From: Malacoraja senta
Taxonomy: Eukaryota
Assembly (NCBI GenBank): GCA_038087875.1
Contig: CM075996.1
Span: forward strand, 10,480,001-10,544,000
DNA length: 64,000 nucleotides
Direction of reading: 5' to 3'
Part shown: positions 13,420-27,121 of the stretch, piece by piece
How positions within the stretch are numbered: position 1 is the stretch's first letter
How the letters are laid out: every line of letters starts with the position of its first letter
Notes under the pieces: generated by a model
The model's database searches: none
Told to the model about the DNA's origin: nothing
Seen by the model: only the letters and a program-made list of their open reading frames with translations
Program-made: the position numbers and the translations under genes

Positions 13420-14082
13420 TTAGACAATAGACAATAGGTGCAGGAGTAGGCCATTCGAGCCAGCACCGCCATTCAATACGATCATGGCTGATCATCCACA
13501 ATCAGTACCCCGTTTCTGCCTTCTCACCATATCCATTGACTCCGCTATCTTTAAGAGCTCTATCTAACTCTCTTGAAATAAACTCTTAGAATAAAGGGGA
13601 GGTCATTTAAGACTGAGGTGAGAAAAAATGTTTTTACCCAGAGAGTTGTGAATTTATGGAATTCCCTGCCACAGAGGGCAGTGGAGGCCAAGTCACTGGA
13701 TGGATTTAAGAGAGTTAGATAGAGCTCTGGGGGTTAGTGGAGTCAAGGGATATGGGGAGAAGGCAGGCACGGGTTATTGATAGAGGACGATCAGCCATGG
13801 TCACAATGAATGGCAGTGCTGGCTCGAAGGGCCGAATGGCCTCCTGCACCTATTTTCTATGTTTCTATGAAAGCATCCAGAGAATTGGCATCCACTAGCA
13901 AGAATATCCTTCCTCAAATTTGGAGACCAAAACTGCACACAATACTTCAGGTGTGGTCTCACTAGGGCCCCGTACAACTGCAGAAGGAACTCTTTGCTCC
14001 TATACTTAACTCCTCTTGTTATGAAGGCCAACATGCCATTAGCTTTCTTCACTGCCTGCTTTACCTGCATGCTTACTCTCAG
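13420..14082 (-). mobile_element. CR1 fragment with a plus-strand CR1 tail (13583-13869) nested inside
   Basis: LVRPHLKYCVQFWSPNL; CR1 3'UTR in both orientations. Confidence 0.8.
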
Positions 14083-15602
14083 TTCTAAAAATCATTCACT
14101 TCTAAATGAATTTTATACCATTTAGAATCTATTCCAATAATTTGTCCACCACTGGTTAAGCTAACTGGCCTGTAATTACTTGAGCTCTCCCATGCTCCCT
14201 TTTTAAACAACTGTATGTTAGTAATCTAATCCTCCAGTATTACTCCTGCAGTGAGGAAGAATCAAAATATCACAGTTGGAGCATCTATAAATTCTTCCCT
14301 GGCTCCCTTCAACATCCTGGGATACCTTTCATCCCAGCCTGGTGAGCTACCCATTGACTAAAATGATCGACCCTTGATACCTCCCCTTATTCTCTGCACG
14401 TCCCATACAATATTTCACATTTGTTTACTGTAACAATATTATCCTCCTCGTATGAATAGTTACAACTAATCACGATTCACCTCCGGGGAATTGAAATCCA
14501 ACAACATTGTCCTTGCACATTTACACTTGTTGGAAATTTCCTTATGAACTTGTTCTCTCTCACACCCTATTTGGGGTCAACAGTGCACTCGCGTCAGCAA
14601 TTGCCCATTTTGATCTTACATTCGACAATGACGACTTTCTAACATATCATCCCTTCTGAAGATAGTCGCAAATGCTGAAATAAGCTCAGCAGGACAGGCA
14701 GCATCTCTGGAGAGAAGGAATGGGTGACGTTTTGGGTCAAGACCCTTCTTCAATTTAAACCAGCACCTGCAGTTCCTGCCTACACATATCATCCCTTTCA
14801 CAGTTTACAGCGTATCATTAACTAGTACTGTCATCCCTCAGTCTCCCTTCTCCATAATGACCTGCTCAGAACAAAATCAGAGTGAAAGCAAGTCATCCTC
14901 CAACATAGAACAGTACAGCACAGGAACAGGACCTTCGGCCCAATGTCGGTGCCGAACATGATGCCAAGTTAAATTAATCTCAACCTGCATGTGATCCATT
15001 TCCCACCATTCCCTGCATATCCATGTGCCTATCTAAAATCTAAATTATTCTTAAACATCAACTATCGTATCTGCTTCCACCATTATCCCGGGAAGCACAT
15101 TCCAGACACCCACCACTCTTAAATAACAACTTTGGGGCAATATTTCCTTTAAACATCGCCATTCTTACCTGAAAGCTACGCCCTCTAGCCTTTGACATTT
15201 TCCCCTCGATGGAATCCTTGCATCAAGTGGGGCCACACTCCTCCATTGGATATTCCAGCCTTTCTTTCGTCTTCCTCCCAAACACTCACTAACTTCATGC
15301 CCTCGTTCCCTGTTCTGCCCTGCTTCCCCCCAAATCTTGGCTCAAATTTCCTTCCAAACCAAACCATATCAACCCATCCAAACGGCGTTAGCAAACCCAT
15401 CGAGGAGATTGGTCCCAGCCTCGAGGTGCCACCTGCCCTCAGAACCAGTGCCAGTGCCCGAGGAATATACAGCCCTCCCTCCTCCACCATCACTCCCCTA
15501 CTCATCACCCACACTCCCTTCCCACACCTACACTCACTGTATCAGCTACTGGGAGCAATCTGGAGATTAGCATCTTTGCACGCGTTAGAACAGCGAGATT
15601 AT

Positions 15603-17480
15603 CAAATACAAGCACCCTGATAATAAAATATAAAGACAGGGATGTAACACTGAGGCTTTATAAGGCACTGGCCAGACCACATTTGGAGTATTGTGCGCGG
15701 TTTTGGGCTCCACATCTGAAGAGTAGTAGCTAGTAGAGTGGATAGGGGAGAACCAGTGGATGTGTTGTATCTGGACTTTCAGAAGGCTTTCGACAAGGTA
15801 CCACATAAGAGATTAGGATACAAACATAAATCACACGGTATTGGGGGTTCAGTATTGATGTGGATAGAGAACTGGCTGGGAAACAGGAAGCAAAGAGTAG
15901 GAGTAAACGGGTCCTTTTCACAATGGCAGGCAGTGACTAGTGGGGTACTGCAAGGCTCAGTGCTGGGACCCCAGCTATTTACAATTTATATTAATGATCT
16001 GGACGAGGGAATTGAAAGCAACATCTCCAAGTTTGCGGATGACACTAAGCTGGGGGGCGGTGTTAGCTGTGAGGAGGATGCTAGGAGACTGCAAGGTGAC
16101 TTGGATAGGCTGGGTGAGTGGGCAAATGTTTGGCAGATGCAGTATAATGTGGATAAATGTGAGGTTATCCACTTTGGTGGCAAAAACAGGAAGGCAGACT
16201 ATTATCTAAATGGTGGCCGATTAGGAAATGGGGAGATGCAGCGAGACCTGGGTGTCATGGTACACCAGTCATTGAAAGAGGCATGCAGGTGCAGCAGGCA
16301 GTGAAGAAAGCGAATGGTATGTTGGCCTTCATAGCAAGAGGATTTGAGTATAGGAGCAGGGAGGTTCTACTGCAGTTGTACAGGGTCTTGGTGAGACCAC
16401 ACCTGGAGTATTGCGTACAGTTTTGGTCTCCAAATCTGAGGAAGGACATTATAGCCATAGAGTGCAGAGAAGGTTCACCAGACTGATTCCTGGGATGTCA
16501 GGACTTTCATATGAAGAAAGACTGGATAGACTTGGCTTATACTCGCTAGAATTTAGGAGATTGAGAGGGGATCTTATAGAAACGTACAACATTTTTATGG
16601 GGTTGGGCAGGCTAGATGCAGGAAGATTGTTCCCGATGTTGGGGAAGTCCAGGACAAGGGGTCACAGCTTAAGGATAAGGGGGAAATCCTTTAGGACCGA
16701 GATGAGGAAAAACTTTTTCACACAGAGAGTGGTGAATCTCTGGAACTCTCTGCCACAGAGGGTAGTTGAGGCCAGTTCATTGGCTATATTTAAGAGGGAG
16801 TTAGATGTGGCCCTTGTGGCTAAGGGGATCAGGGGGTATGGAGAGAAGGCAGGTACGGGATACTGTTGGATGATCAGCCATGATCATATTGAATGGCGGT
16901 GCAGGCTCGAAGGGTCGAATGGCCTACTCCTGCACCTATTTTCTATGTATCTATGTATCTAAGAAGGATATGCTGGCGTTGGAGAGGGTCCAGAGGAGGT
17001 TTACGAGAATGATCCCAGGAATGAGTGGGTTGACGTGTGATGAGCATTTGTGGGCACTGGGCCTGTACTCGCTGGACCTGTACCCGCTGTAGGATGAGGA
17101 GGGACTTCATTGAAACTTGCCGAATAGTGAAAGGCCTGGATAGAGTGGATGTGGAGAGGATGTTTCCACTAGTGGGAGAGTATAGGACCAGAGGCCATAG
17201 CCTCAGAACAAAATCATGTACCTTTAGAAAGGAGACGAGGTAGAATTTCTTTAGTTAGGGGATGGTGAATCTGTGGAATTCATTGCCACAGATGTCTGTG
17301 AAGGCCAAGTGAATGGGTATTTTAAGGTGCAGATTGATATTCTTGATTAGTACGGGTGTCGGAGGTTATGGGGGACAGGCAGGAGAATGGGGTTGAGAGG
17401 GAAAGATAGATCAGCCATGATTGAATAGTGGAGTAGACTTGATGGGCCAAATGGCCTAATTGTGCTATAATTTATGAACT
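15603..17480 (+). mobile_element. Tandem CR1 LINE fragments
   Basis: RT ORFs 15738-16304 and 16411-16962, second fragment from 16941. Confidence 0.9.
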
Positions 17481-17784
17481 ATATAACACAACCTCAATTC
17501 AGCTGCTTGGACCTCACTCTCTAATTCCAATAAGAACCTTGGGCTCCGGATACTCAGTTTACACTATAAATTCACCAATGTTGTTCTGTCAAACAGACTG
17601 CTAATTACAGCCCAGGACCCACCCCAATCCGTCCCTCCAACTTTAATCCTTTACTCTCAACATGACTGTTTCTCCTCATGCTTTGCCTCAACTGCTCAAA
17701 CCCTCAGTGAAGATTTTCTCTTCATATTGTCCTGCAGACATCAATGATCGATGAAGTGAGATGCGAAATGGAGCAGGTCCTTAC

Positions 17785-17837
17785 CCAGTAATGCCAGCAA
17801 CACCAACAGCATCCACTTCTTCACGTGAGGGACACAC
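17785..17837 (-). CDS. SUN2: SUN2-like exon, transmembrane helix
   Basis: cccctccag| acceptor, GTAAGG donor; (R)CVPHVKKWMLLVLLALLG, phase 2 to 1. Confidence 0.8.
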
Positions 17838-18616
17838 CTGGAGGGGAAACACACACGCGTCAGCTGGCTATTGATCCCAACCCCGTTTCAAGCGAGATGG
17901 ACATAAAAAGCTACCGTAACTCAGTGGGTCGGGCAGCATCTCTGGAGTCTGAAGAAGGGCGTTGTCCTGAAACGTCATCCATTCCTTCCCTCCAGAGACG
18001 TCGCCCGACCCGCTGAGTTACTCTAGCTTATTGTGTCTTTCTTCGGTTTAAACCAGCATCTCCAGTTCCTTTCCACACACACGTTTCAAGCAAATCGAAT
18101 GCTCCCATGAAACAGACAGAATCAGGTCAAGGATTATGGTCAAGAGATGGACAGACTCCTCCATGGACCCACGCTGCTGACAGACCTTCACTCCACACAC
18201 ATAAAGCTCAGAACCATGGTGACACTGGTGAAAGATTAGTCAACCTCGGGTACAGTATCAGAGGGCTGTTCTGTGGGTGCGTGTATCTGGGGTAGAGTGT
18301 GGGCAGGCTATCTTGTAGTCCGTGGCTCGAAGGGTCGAATGGCCTACTTCTGCACCTATTTTTCTATGTTTCAAGTGGGTTTATCTGGGGTTTAAGTGGG
18401 TTAGCCTGTGGTGGGTTTACCTGGGCTACAATAAATGGGGTATAATTTTTTAAAGACACAGGATAGAAACAGGCCCTTCGGCCCACCAAGTCCGTACCGA
18501 CCAACGATTCCCCGCCCACTAACTCTACCCTATACAGACTAGAATCATAGAGCGATACAGTTTGGAAACAGGCCCTTCGGTCCAACTTGCCCATGTTGAC
18601 CAACAATGTCCCAGCT

Positions 18617-19386
18617 CGTGTGCGGACGTGGCGCCAACGGACGAGAAGCCGAAACAAAGAAGTGGAAGCCAAATAACCGAATAGAAACGAAGCCGAAACG
18701 ACAACTAACCGAATGAAAACTAAGCCAGAATGCCAACTAACCGAAAGGGCGGGACGCCTAAATGCAAACTAAATGAAAGGGCGGGACGCCTAAAAGCCAA
18801 CTAACTGAAAGGCTGCGTCGCGTAAAAGCAAACTTACCGAAATGCCACCTACCCGAAAGGCAGCGTTGCCTACAAGCCAACAAACCGAATGCCGCTCAAC
18901 TGAAAAGTCAAATAACGGACATAACGTTGCCGGGGGGCGGGACTTGTCAGCGATTGGCCCAGACCCCCGCGTCCATCACATCACTGTGGAGGGATGAACA
19001 TTGTCCCACACCTCCGCTCCACCCGACCCACAGCCCGCGAAGGGTGGCCGTGGGAGAGTGGGGGCTGTCCCGAGGAATACGCACCTTCGGCCGCTTACAA
19101 CTCGGTGCTTGGGTTCAGATTGCCCAGTCACCTATGGTTTGTGTGGGAAAATGACCCCCCACCCTCCCGTCTCCCCCTTCTCTCTCCCCCTTCTCTCTCC
19201 CCATCTCCTCCCTTCTCTCTCTCCCCATCCCCTCTTCCTTCTCTCTCTCCCCCTTCTCTCGCTCCTCCTCTCTCTCCACCTCCTCTCTCTCTCCCCCCTC
19301 TCTCTCTCCCTCCTCTACTTTCTCTCCCCCTTCTCGCTCTCCTCTGTCTCCACTGGCGGGAGGGTGGGGGTGCAACCGCAGGAAAT
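18617..19386. repeat. Composite insertion with ~15-bp periodic repeats and a CT-rich tract
   Basis: Degenerate units such as ATGCCAACTAACCGA over 18640-18925; polypyrimidine 19155-19350. Confidence 0.55.
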
Positions 19387-19954
19387 GCTACACTTGTCGC
19401 TTTACCTCCCCCCTTGACTCCATCCAAGGACCTAAGCAGTCTTTCCAGGTGAGGCAGAGGTTCACCTGCACCTCCTCCAACCTCATCTGTTGCATCTGCT
19501 GCTCTAGGTGTCAACTGCTCTACATCGGTGAGACCAAGCGCAGGTTTGGCAATCACTTCGCCCAACACCTCCACACACTTTGCATGAACCAACCTGATCT
19601 CCCGGTGGCTCAGCACTTCAACTCCCCCTCCCATTCCGAATCCGACCTTTCTGTCCTGGGCCTCCTCCGTGGCCAGAGTGAGTCCCACCGCAAATTGGAG
19701 GAGCAGCAACTCATATTTTGCTTGGGTGGTTTATACCCCAGCAGTATGAACAATTTCAGGTAGTCCTTGCTTTCTCCCTCCTTTCCCTCCCCTTCCCAGC
19801 TCTCCCAGTCCAAAGTCTCCACCTCTTCCTTTCATCTCCCCGCTCCCCCCACCTCCACATCAGTCAGAAGGGTCTCGACCCGAAACGTCACCTATTCCAT
19901 CACTCAATAGATGCTGCCTCACCCGCTGAGTTTCTCCAGCATTTTTGTCTGCCT

Positions 19955-21280
19955 TCCGTCTTACTGTCTTTCTCCTCGGTAAATAGAGGAAAATATTCAT
20001 TGAGTTCCTTGCCCATCTCCTGTAGCTCCACACAGATGTGACTGCTTTGATTCCTGAGAGGTCCCACTCTTTATCTGGTTACCCTTTTCCCCCTTCTGTA
20101 TTTATAAAATCTTTTGGGATTGTTGCTACCCATCAGAGCTATCTCCTGGCCCCTTTTTTGCCATTCTGATCACCTTTTTAAGTTTACTCTTTAGTTCCTG
20201 AAACTCCTCCGGGGATGCACTTGATCCCAGCTGCCTATACCCGTCCCATGCATCCTTCGTTTTTGACCAACGTCTCAATTTCCCTCGTCAGCCAAGCTTC
20301 CTTACGTTTGCCTGCTTTGCCCTTCACTCTAACGGGGACGTACATATGCTGAGCTTTCGTCAGCACACTTAAAAACATCCCACTTGGTCCATGTTCCTTT
20401 CCCCTCAAATAACCTGCTCCAGTCAACTTGAGTGAGACCTTCTCTCATACCCTCAAAGTTGGCCTTACCCCAGTTGTGCATTTTAACACGTGGACCCTCT
20501 CCGTCCCAATCCATAACTATCTTAAACCTAATCGTCCTGTGGTCACTGGACCTGAAAGCCTCCTCCACAATCACTACATTAACTTGCCTTTCCCAATACT
20601 AGATCCAGCGTTGCCTTCTCACATGTGGGGACCTCCACATACTGGTTAAGAAAACTCTCCTGAACACTTTTGAGGAATTGCACCCCATTTAAATCCTTCA
20701 CGCTATGATTTTCCCAGTCTATCTTGGGAAAGTTAAAATCCCCTACTACAACAATCTTATTTGACCTGTAGCTGCCTGCAATCTCCTGGCACATTTGTTC
20801 TTCTAATTCCCGTTGACTATTCGGGGGTCTGTAGTACACCCCCAACAAAGCGATCATCTCTTTCTTGTTCCTCAGCTCCACCCATATAGCTTCACTAGAC
20901 AAAACTTCCGTAATGTCACCTCTGAACACTGCCGTGACATCCTCCTTAACCAACAATGCAACCCCCCTCCTCTTTTTCCCTCACCCGTCTGTCCTGAAGC
21001 TCCAGTACTCCGGGAACATTGATCTGCCAGTCCTGCCCCTCCCTTAACCAGGTTTCAGTCATGGCTACAACGTCCCAGTCGCTCGTACCTATCCATGCCC
21101 TCAGCTCATCTGCCTTACCCATCAGGCCCCTTTACGTGCAGTTTAAACCTACCCTCCTTCCTCGTTCTCTCCCTTTCACCTGCCTATTCTGTCCACTAAC
21201 CTTCCCCACATCACCCTCCATACCAACTTCTAGCCTCTCACGTGTCTCTGTCCTGTACGAGATCCCACCCTCCCCCTGCC
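19955..21280 (-). mobile_element. CR1 ORF2 fragment, APE endonuclease region
   Basis: GVYYRPP, VGDFNFP, TLDLVL and SDH motifs. Confidence 0.88.
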
Positions 21281-21655
21281 TAGGGACAATTTACAATTAA
21301 ACTAAGCCAATCAACCTACAAACCTTTACGTCTTTGGAGTGTGGGAGGAAACCGGAGGTACCGGGAAAAACCCACTCAGGTCATGGGTAGAACGTATAAA
21401 CTCTGAACAGGCAGCACCTGTAGTCAGGATGGAATCTGGCTCTGCCACTGTAAGCGTTGTAAGGCATTGTCGGGTACAGTGAGAATGGGCTGTTCTGTGG
21501 TGGGTTTATCGGGGGTTCAGTGTGACTGGGTGTCCTGTGGGAGGGTGTGTTCAGTACAGAGGTGGGGAGGAGATGGAGGAGGCAGTGGGAATGGGTGACT
21601 TTGCTTCAGTTAACCAGGTGGAGGAAGGGAGTCTGTGGATCCCCGTAGCACGTAC

Positions 21656-21749
21656 CTGGACAGAGTAAAGACATCGATCAAGGAGATGGCCGTTGTTAAC
21701 TGGTACCAGGCTGTGCCCAACCACCAGTACACCAGGGGCAGAGCTTTTT
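21656..21749 (-). CDS. SUN2: SUN2-like exon, conserved hydrophobic segment
   Basis: KALPLVYWWLGTAWYQLTTAISLIDVFTLSR vs SUN2 LLYWWAGTTWYRLTTAASLLDVFVLTR; gtttctttcag| acceptor, GTACGT donor. Confidence 0.92.
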
Positions 21750-21847
21750 CTGAAAGAAACAGCAACACAACATTAGACAACGTTTGGCCCCGATGTTTCC
21801 CATCAGTGGAAGCGGAGAGAGCTCAGACTCTCCAACACGGAACCCAC

Positions 21848-21956
21848 TGATACTGTGGAAACACGTGAGGCTGAGAGACCTTCTGCCCTGCAGGGACCAC
21901 CACAGAAAGTCCACCGCAAGGTGGTGGCAGGAGAACCCAGGGGAGCTATAGGGCAC
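21848..21956 (-). CDS. SUN2: Candidate SUN2-like exon (AVDFLWWSL)
   Basis: Strong acceptor ttttttttctcag|; phase-0 reading gives AVDFLWWSLQ, loosely like SUN2 AGSLLWMV; donor position (GTGGGT) uncertain. Confidence 0.4.
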
Positions 21957-22559
21957 CTGAGAAAAAAAAAGGTCACAGGGATATCGACGGGACAACAGCA
22001 CTGATGGGGGTACTCCAGAGGCCACGGTGGGCCGAATGGCCTCCCTTTGTGTCCAGACTAAAGAAACTGGAGATTGTCAATGAAACTTCCACCGAGCAGG
22101 AAGTATCACCTTTCAATACAGAGAGATTGCCTGGTTGTGGATGGATAGCAGTCCCCTCTGTCCCAGTTAATCTTATCCCACAACCAACATGGGCAAAGAT
22201 AGACACAAAACGCTGGAGTAACTCAGCGGGACAAGCAGCATCACTGGAGAAAAGGAATAGGTGACGTTCGGGTCAAGACCCTTCTTCAGACTGAGAGTCA
22301 GGGGAAAGGGAAACTAGCAATATAGACGGTGATGTAGAGAGATATGGAACAAATGAATGAACGATATGCAAAAAAGTAACGATGATGAAGGAAACGGTCC
22401 ATTGTTGGTTGGCTGTGGGCTCGGTGTTAACAAATTATACAGACAATGAAACTCACCAGAACGACAGTGAAACTAGTACAACGACTAAGGAGGGGGAGGG
22501 ATGGAGAGAGAGAGGGTTACTTGAAGTTAGAGAAATCTAGATTTATTGAACATGGACGC

Positions 22560-25044
22560 GTCTGGGGGATTTCAATATGCAGGTAGACTGGGAAAATCAG
22601 GTTGGTTCAGGACCCCAAGAAAGAGTTTGTAGAACGCCTCCGAGATGGATTCTTAGAGCAGCTTGTAATGGAGCCGACCAGAGAAAAGGCAATTCTGGAT
22701 TTAGTGTTGTCCAATGAACAAGATATGATAAGAGAACTCGAGATAAAGGAACCGCTTTGAGGTAGTGATCATAATATGATTACTTTTAATCTGCAATTTG
22801 AGGAGAACGTTAAATCGGAAGTGTCAGTGATGCAGTTGAACAAAGGGGACTATGAAGGCATGAGTGGGGAGCTGGCCAAGGTAGACTGGAAATGGATCCT
22901 AGAAGGAATGACGGTGGAACAGCAATGGCCGGAATTTCTGGGCATAATCCGGAAGACGCAGGATCATTTCATTCCAAAAAGGAAGAAAGATTCTAAGGGG
23001 TGTTGGAGGCAACCATGGCTGACAAGAGAAGTTAGGGATAGAATAAAACTAAAAGAAAAAATGTATAACACAGCAAAGAGTAGCCGGAAGCCAGAGGATT
23101 GGGAAACTTTCATAGGACAACAGAAGGAAACAAAACGGGCAATACGGGCTGAAAAGATGAATTACGAAGGGAAGCTGGCCAAGAATATAAAGAAGGACAG
23201 TAAAAGCTTATTTAGTCATGTTAAGGGAAAAAGAGTAGCAAAGTCAAATGTGGGTCCCTTGAAGGCAGACACGGGTGAAATTATTCTGGGCAACAAGGAA
23301 ATGGCACAAGAGTTGAATAAGTACTTCGGATCTGTCTTCACTAAGGAAGACACAAACAATCTCCCAGATGTACTGGAGGACAGAGGATCTAAGGGGGTAG
23401 AGGAACTGAAAGAAATTTTCATTAGGCGAGAAATAGTATTGGGTAGGCTAATGGGACTGAAGGATGATAAATCCCCTGGACCTGATGGTCTGCATCCCAG
23501 GTGCCTCAGGGAGGTGGCTCTAGAAATAGTGGACACATTGGTGATCATTTTCCAATGTTCAATAGATTCAGGATCAGTTCCCGTGGATTGGAGGATAGCT
23601 AATGTTATCCCACATTTCAAGAAAGGAGCGAGAGAGAAAACAGGGAATTACAGACCAGTTAGCCCGACTTCGGTGGTGGGTATGATGATGGAGTCAATTA
23701 TTAAAGAGGTAATAATGGGGCATTTGGATAGCAGTAAAAGGATTAGTCCGTCAACATGGATTTATGAAAGGGAAATCATGCTTGACTAATCTTCTGGAAT
23801 TTTTTGAGGATGTGACAAGTAAAATAGATGAAAGGGTGCCAGTGAATGTAGTGTATCTACTTTCAGAAAGCCTTTGATAAGGTCCCACACGGGAGACTGG
23901 TGACTAAAATTAGAGCACATGGTATTGGGGGTAGGGTGTTGACATGGATAGAAAATTGGTTGGCATACCGGAAGCAAAGAGTAGGAGTGAACGGGTCCTT
24001 TTCAGAATGGCAGGCAGTGGCGAGTGGAGTACCGCAAGGCTCGGTGTTGGGGCCTCAACTGTTTACTATATATTAATGATTTGGAAGAGGGAATTAGGAG
24101 CAACACTAGCAAGTTTGCGGATGACACAAAGCTGGGTGGCAGTGTGAACTGTGAAGAGGATGTTAGGAGGTTGCAGGGTGACCTGGACATGTTGAGTGAG
24201 TGGGCAGATGCATGGCAGATGCAGTATAATATAGATAAATGTGAGGTTATCCACTTTGGAGGCAAAAACAAGGGGGCAGATTATTATCGCAAAGGGGTTA
24301 GTTTAGGTAAGGGGGAGGTGCAGCGAGACCTGGGCGTCCTTGTACACCGGCCACTGAAAGTTGGCTTACAGGTACAGCAGGCAGTGAAGAAAGCTAATGG
24401 AATGTTGGCCTTCATAACTAGAGGATTTCAGTATAGGAGTAAAGAGGTTCTTCTGCAGTTGTATAGGGCTCTGGTGAGACCACATCTGGAGTATTGTGTA
24501 CAGTTTTGGTCTCCTAATTTGAGAAAGGACATCCTTGTGATTGAGGCAGTGCAGCGTAGGTTCACGAGATTGATCCCTGGGATGGCAGGACTGTCATATG
24601 AGGAAAGATTGAAAAGACTAGGCTTATATTCACTGGAGTTTAGATGGATGAGGGGATATTTTATTGAAACATGTAAAATTATAAAAGGACTGGACAAGCT
24701 AGACGCAGAAAAATGTTCCCAATGTTGGGCGGGTCCAGAACCAGGGGCCACAGTCTTAGAATAAAGGGGAGGTCATTTAAGACTGAGGTGAGAAAAAACT
24801 TTTTCACCCAGAGAGTTGTGAATTTATGGAATTCCCTGCCACAGAAGGCAGTGGAGGCCAAGTCACTGGATGGATTTAAGACATAGTTAGATAGAGCTTT
24901 AGGGGCTAGTGGAGTCAAGGGATATGGGGAGAAGGCAGGCACAGGTTATTGATTGGGGACGATCAGCCATGATCACAATGAATGGCGGTGCTGGCTCGAA
25001 GGGCTGAATGGCCTCCTCCTGCACCTATTTTCTATGTTTCTATG
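22560..25044 (+). mobile_element. CR1 LINE, 5'-truncated, frameshifted
   Basis: End of APE, KSPGPDGLHP, GNYRPVS, FADD, TTTCTATG tail. Confidence 0.95.
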
Positions 25045-25056
25045 TCTGCTGATCAC

Positions 25057-25132
25057 CACAATGCTGTGTGCGAGCTTGGCCACGGTCCACCACGTTACAC
25101 TGCATTTAAAAAGCGTTCTCGGTGCCACACAG
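25057..25132 (-). CDS. SUN2: Candidate additional SUN2-like exon
   Basis: atttccctag| acceptor, weak GTGATC donor; phase 2 to 0 bridges the neighbouring candidates. Confidence 0.25.
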
Positions 25133-25297
25133 CTAGGGAAATCTAAAGGAGATCCTATTCTTTCATCACCCCAGTGACCCTGGAACACAAACCAGGCCTC
25201 CCTTTTCATGTGTTACAACATGACTTCAGTCGGGATCGAGTAACCGAGCATTGACAGTCAGTCGTCTCTTGACTCTATGGTCCTCTCGGCAACTCAC

Positions 25298-25379
25298 CAC
25301 TCATCTCTGCGAGTGACCCAATCAGGCTGAGGGAACACACTGGAGTACCAAGCTGGAACCCTCCGCACTGACTGTGATC
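25298..25379 (-). CDS. SUN2: Candidate additional SUN2-like exon
   Basis: ctag| acceptor and GTGAGT donor, open in phase 1 to 2 (GSQSVRRVPAWYSSVFPQPDWVTRRDE); no recognisable homology. Confidence 0.35.
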
Positions 25380-26399
25380 CTAGGCTGCACGAACAACAAA
25401 GCTGGGAAGATTAGTAATGCAGGTACCTGGAGACAGCAGCGAGATCCAGCCCCACAGTTTGGCAAGGGGAGAGAACGATTCAGAGTACGCCAAACCTGGG
25501 GGATGGGAAAGAACAGCAAGATGTCAACAACGCAAACTTCTCTCTCAAAGTTTACAATGTTCAAAGGGCCACGTGGCCCAATGTTTGCGCTGCTGTTCAC
25601 AAAAGCACCATGCAACTCATCGGCCCACGGCTCAACTGTTAGTGTGCGGGAATCGCTGATCAGTGCCGACTCGGTGGGCCGAAGGGCCTGTTTTCAAGCT
25701 GTATCTAAACTAAACTACAGGAAGGATGTCAAAAGCCTAAGATAGACACAAAGTTCTGGAGTAACTCAGCGGGTCAGGCAGCATCTTTGTCTGAAAAAGG
25801 ATGGGTGACGTTTTGGGTTGGGACCCTTCTTCAGACTTCAAGCCTAAGAATTGATTTAGACAGTTTCTAGAATTACAGTAAAGAGTAATTTAGAAAAGTT
25901 AGCAGTCCTCACGGAACAGAGAAGCTAAAAGAGATAACCTATCAAACGTTGAAGTAACAGCAGGGTTCTAAACGAGAAAGGTTTAGCTATTGAGGGATCA
26001 ATAAACAGAGGTCACAGATTCTATACTGACAGGATCCAGAATATTATCTCCAAAACTCTGCAGGAAGTGGATTCATTAATGATTTTAAGTGGATAGATAC
26101 ACAGGGTGTTGCTGCTGATACCACCTGGAGATTGCAATGGAACGATGCTCTTTAACAGAAGCTGCATCAGTTTCCACACCTTGGTGAACAGGCGCTAAGC
26201 AGGGGGAGTTTTGTGTCGTCAAATGGCAGCACCCTATTTTTTGTGGGTGGGTTTTGTGTGTACATATGTGTGTGTGCGTGTGTGTGAATGAATGCCGATT
26301 AGCTGCCGCAAACAACAGCTCAGTCCCCCTGATGTGAACCAGCATCTCAGAAATCTAAAATTTTGTACAACAGGTTCAGCTCCTGCCCAGTGTCAGTCC

Positions 26400-26960
26400 A
26401 CGGCCCACTCACCCACCCACAGCCCACCTCACTAACGGCCCCTCACCTGCCCCAGTAATGGACCCTCACACCCCACCCGCTCCATTTACCCTCCCCACCG
26501 TCAGCCCGCTTACATGTCCCTCACCCCCTTCCCAGTAACAGCACATGCACCCACCCCATGTCCCGACACCCGTGCCTTGTAATAGCCCACTCAACCTCAC
26601 CCTGCCCCAGCAATGGGATGTTCACCCCCACCCAACATCCTCCACTCACCCACCCAACATCCTCCACCTTCACCCACCCCACACCCCCCAACATCCTCCA
26701 CTCACCCACACCCCCACCCTCAAACATCCTCCACTCACCCACCCCCCCACCCCCAACATCCTCCATGCACCCACCCTGTCCACATCTTAGCAACATCCCC
26801 AATTCACCCAGTGCCCACGCCAAACATCTACCACCCACCCACCTTGTCCATGCCCTAGTAACTGCCCCCATCTATCTGCCCCACCCTAGTAACATCTCTC
26901 ACCCACCCTGTCCCCACCCTAGTAACACCTCCCACCCTCTCATCCACCAACCACAATAAG
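26400..26960. repeat. C/A-rich minisatellite
   Basis: Repeated CCAACATCCTCCACTCACCCAC units. Confidence 0.8.
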
Positions 26961-27121
26961 TGCCAGCTCAGCCGCCCCACTGCCCAGCTTCAATATAAAA
27001 TCCCTAAAGCCTCTGTTCCAGCCCCAGCCAGTGTGTCCTCTCTGCCGATAGTGCAACGTGCCGCGCGTTAGCTGTTCAGGATGAGGGACGTGGTAGGTGA
27101 GATGATGAACTTTCCACTTAC

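Noticed and set aside
14481..14566. Candidate SUN2 exon
   Set aside because: Weak acceptor; ends in phase 0, incompatible with the phase-1 exon at 12528
18640..18925. CRISPR-like array
   Set aside because: Eukaryotic context, degenerate contiguous units, no unique spacers or cas genes
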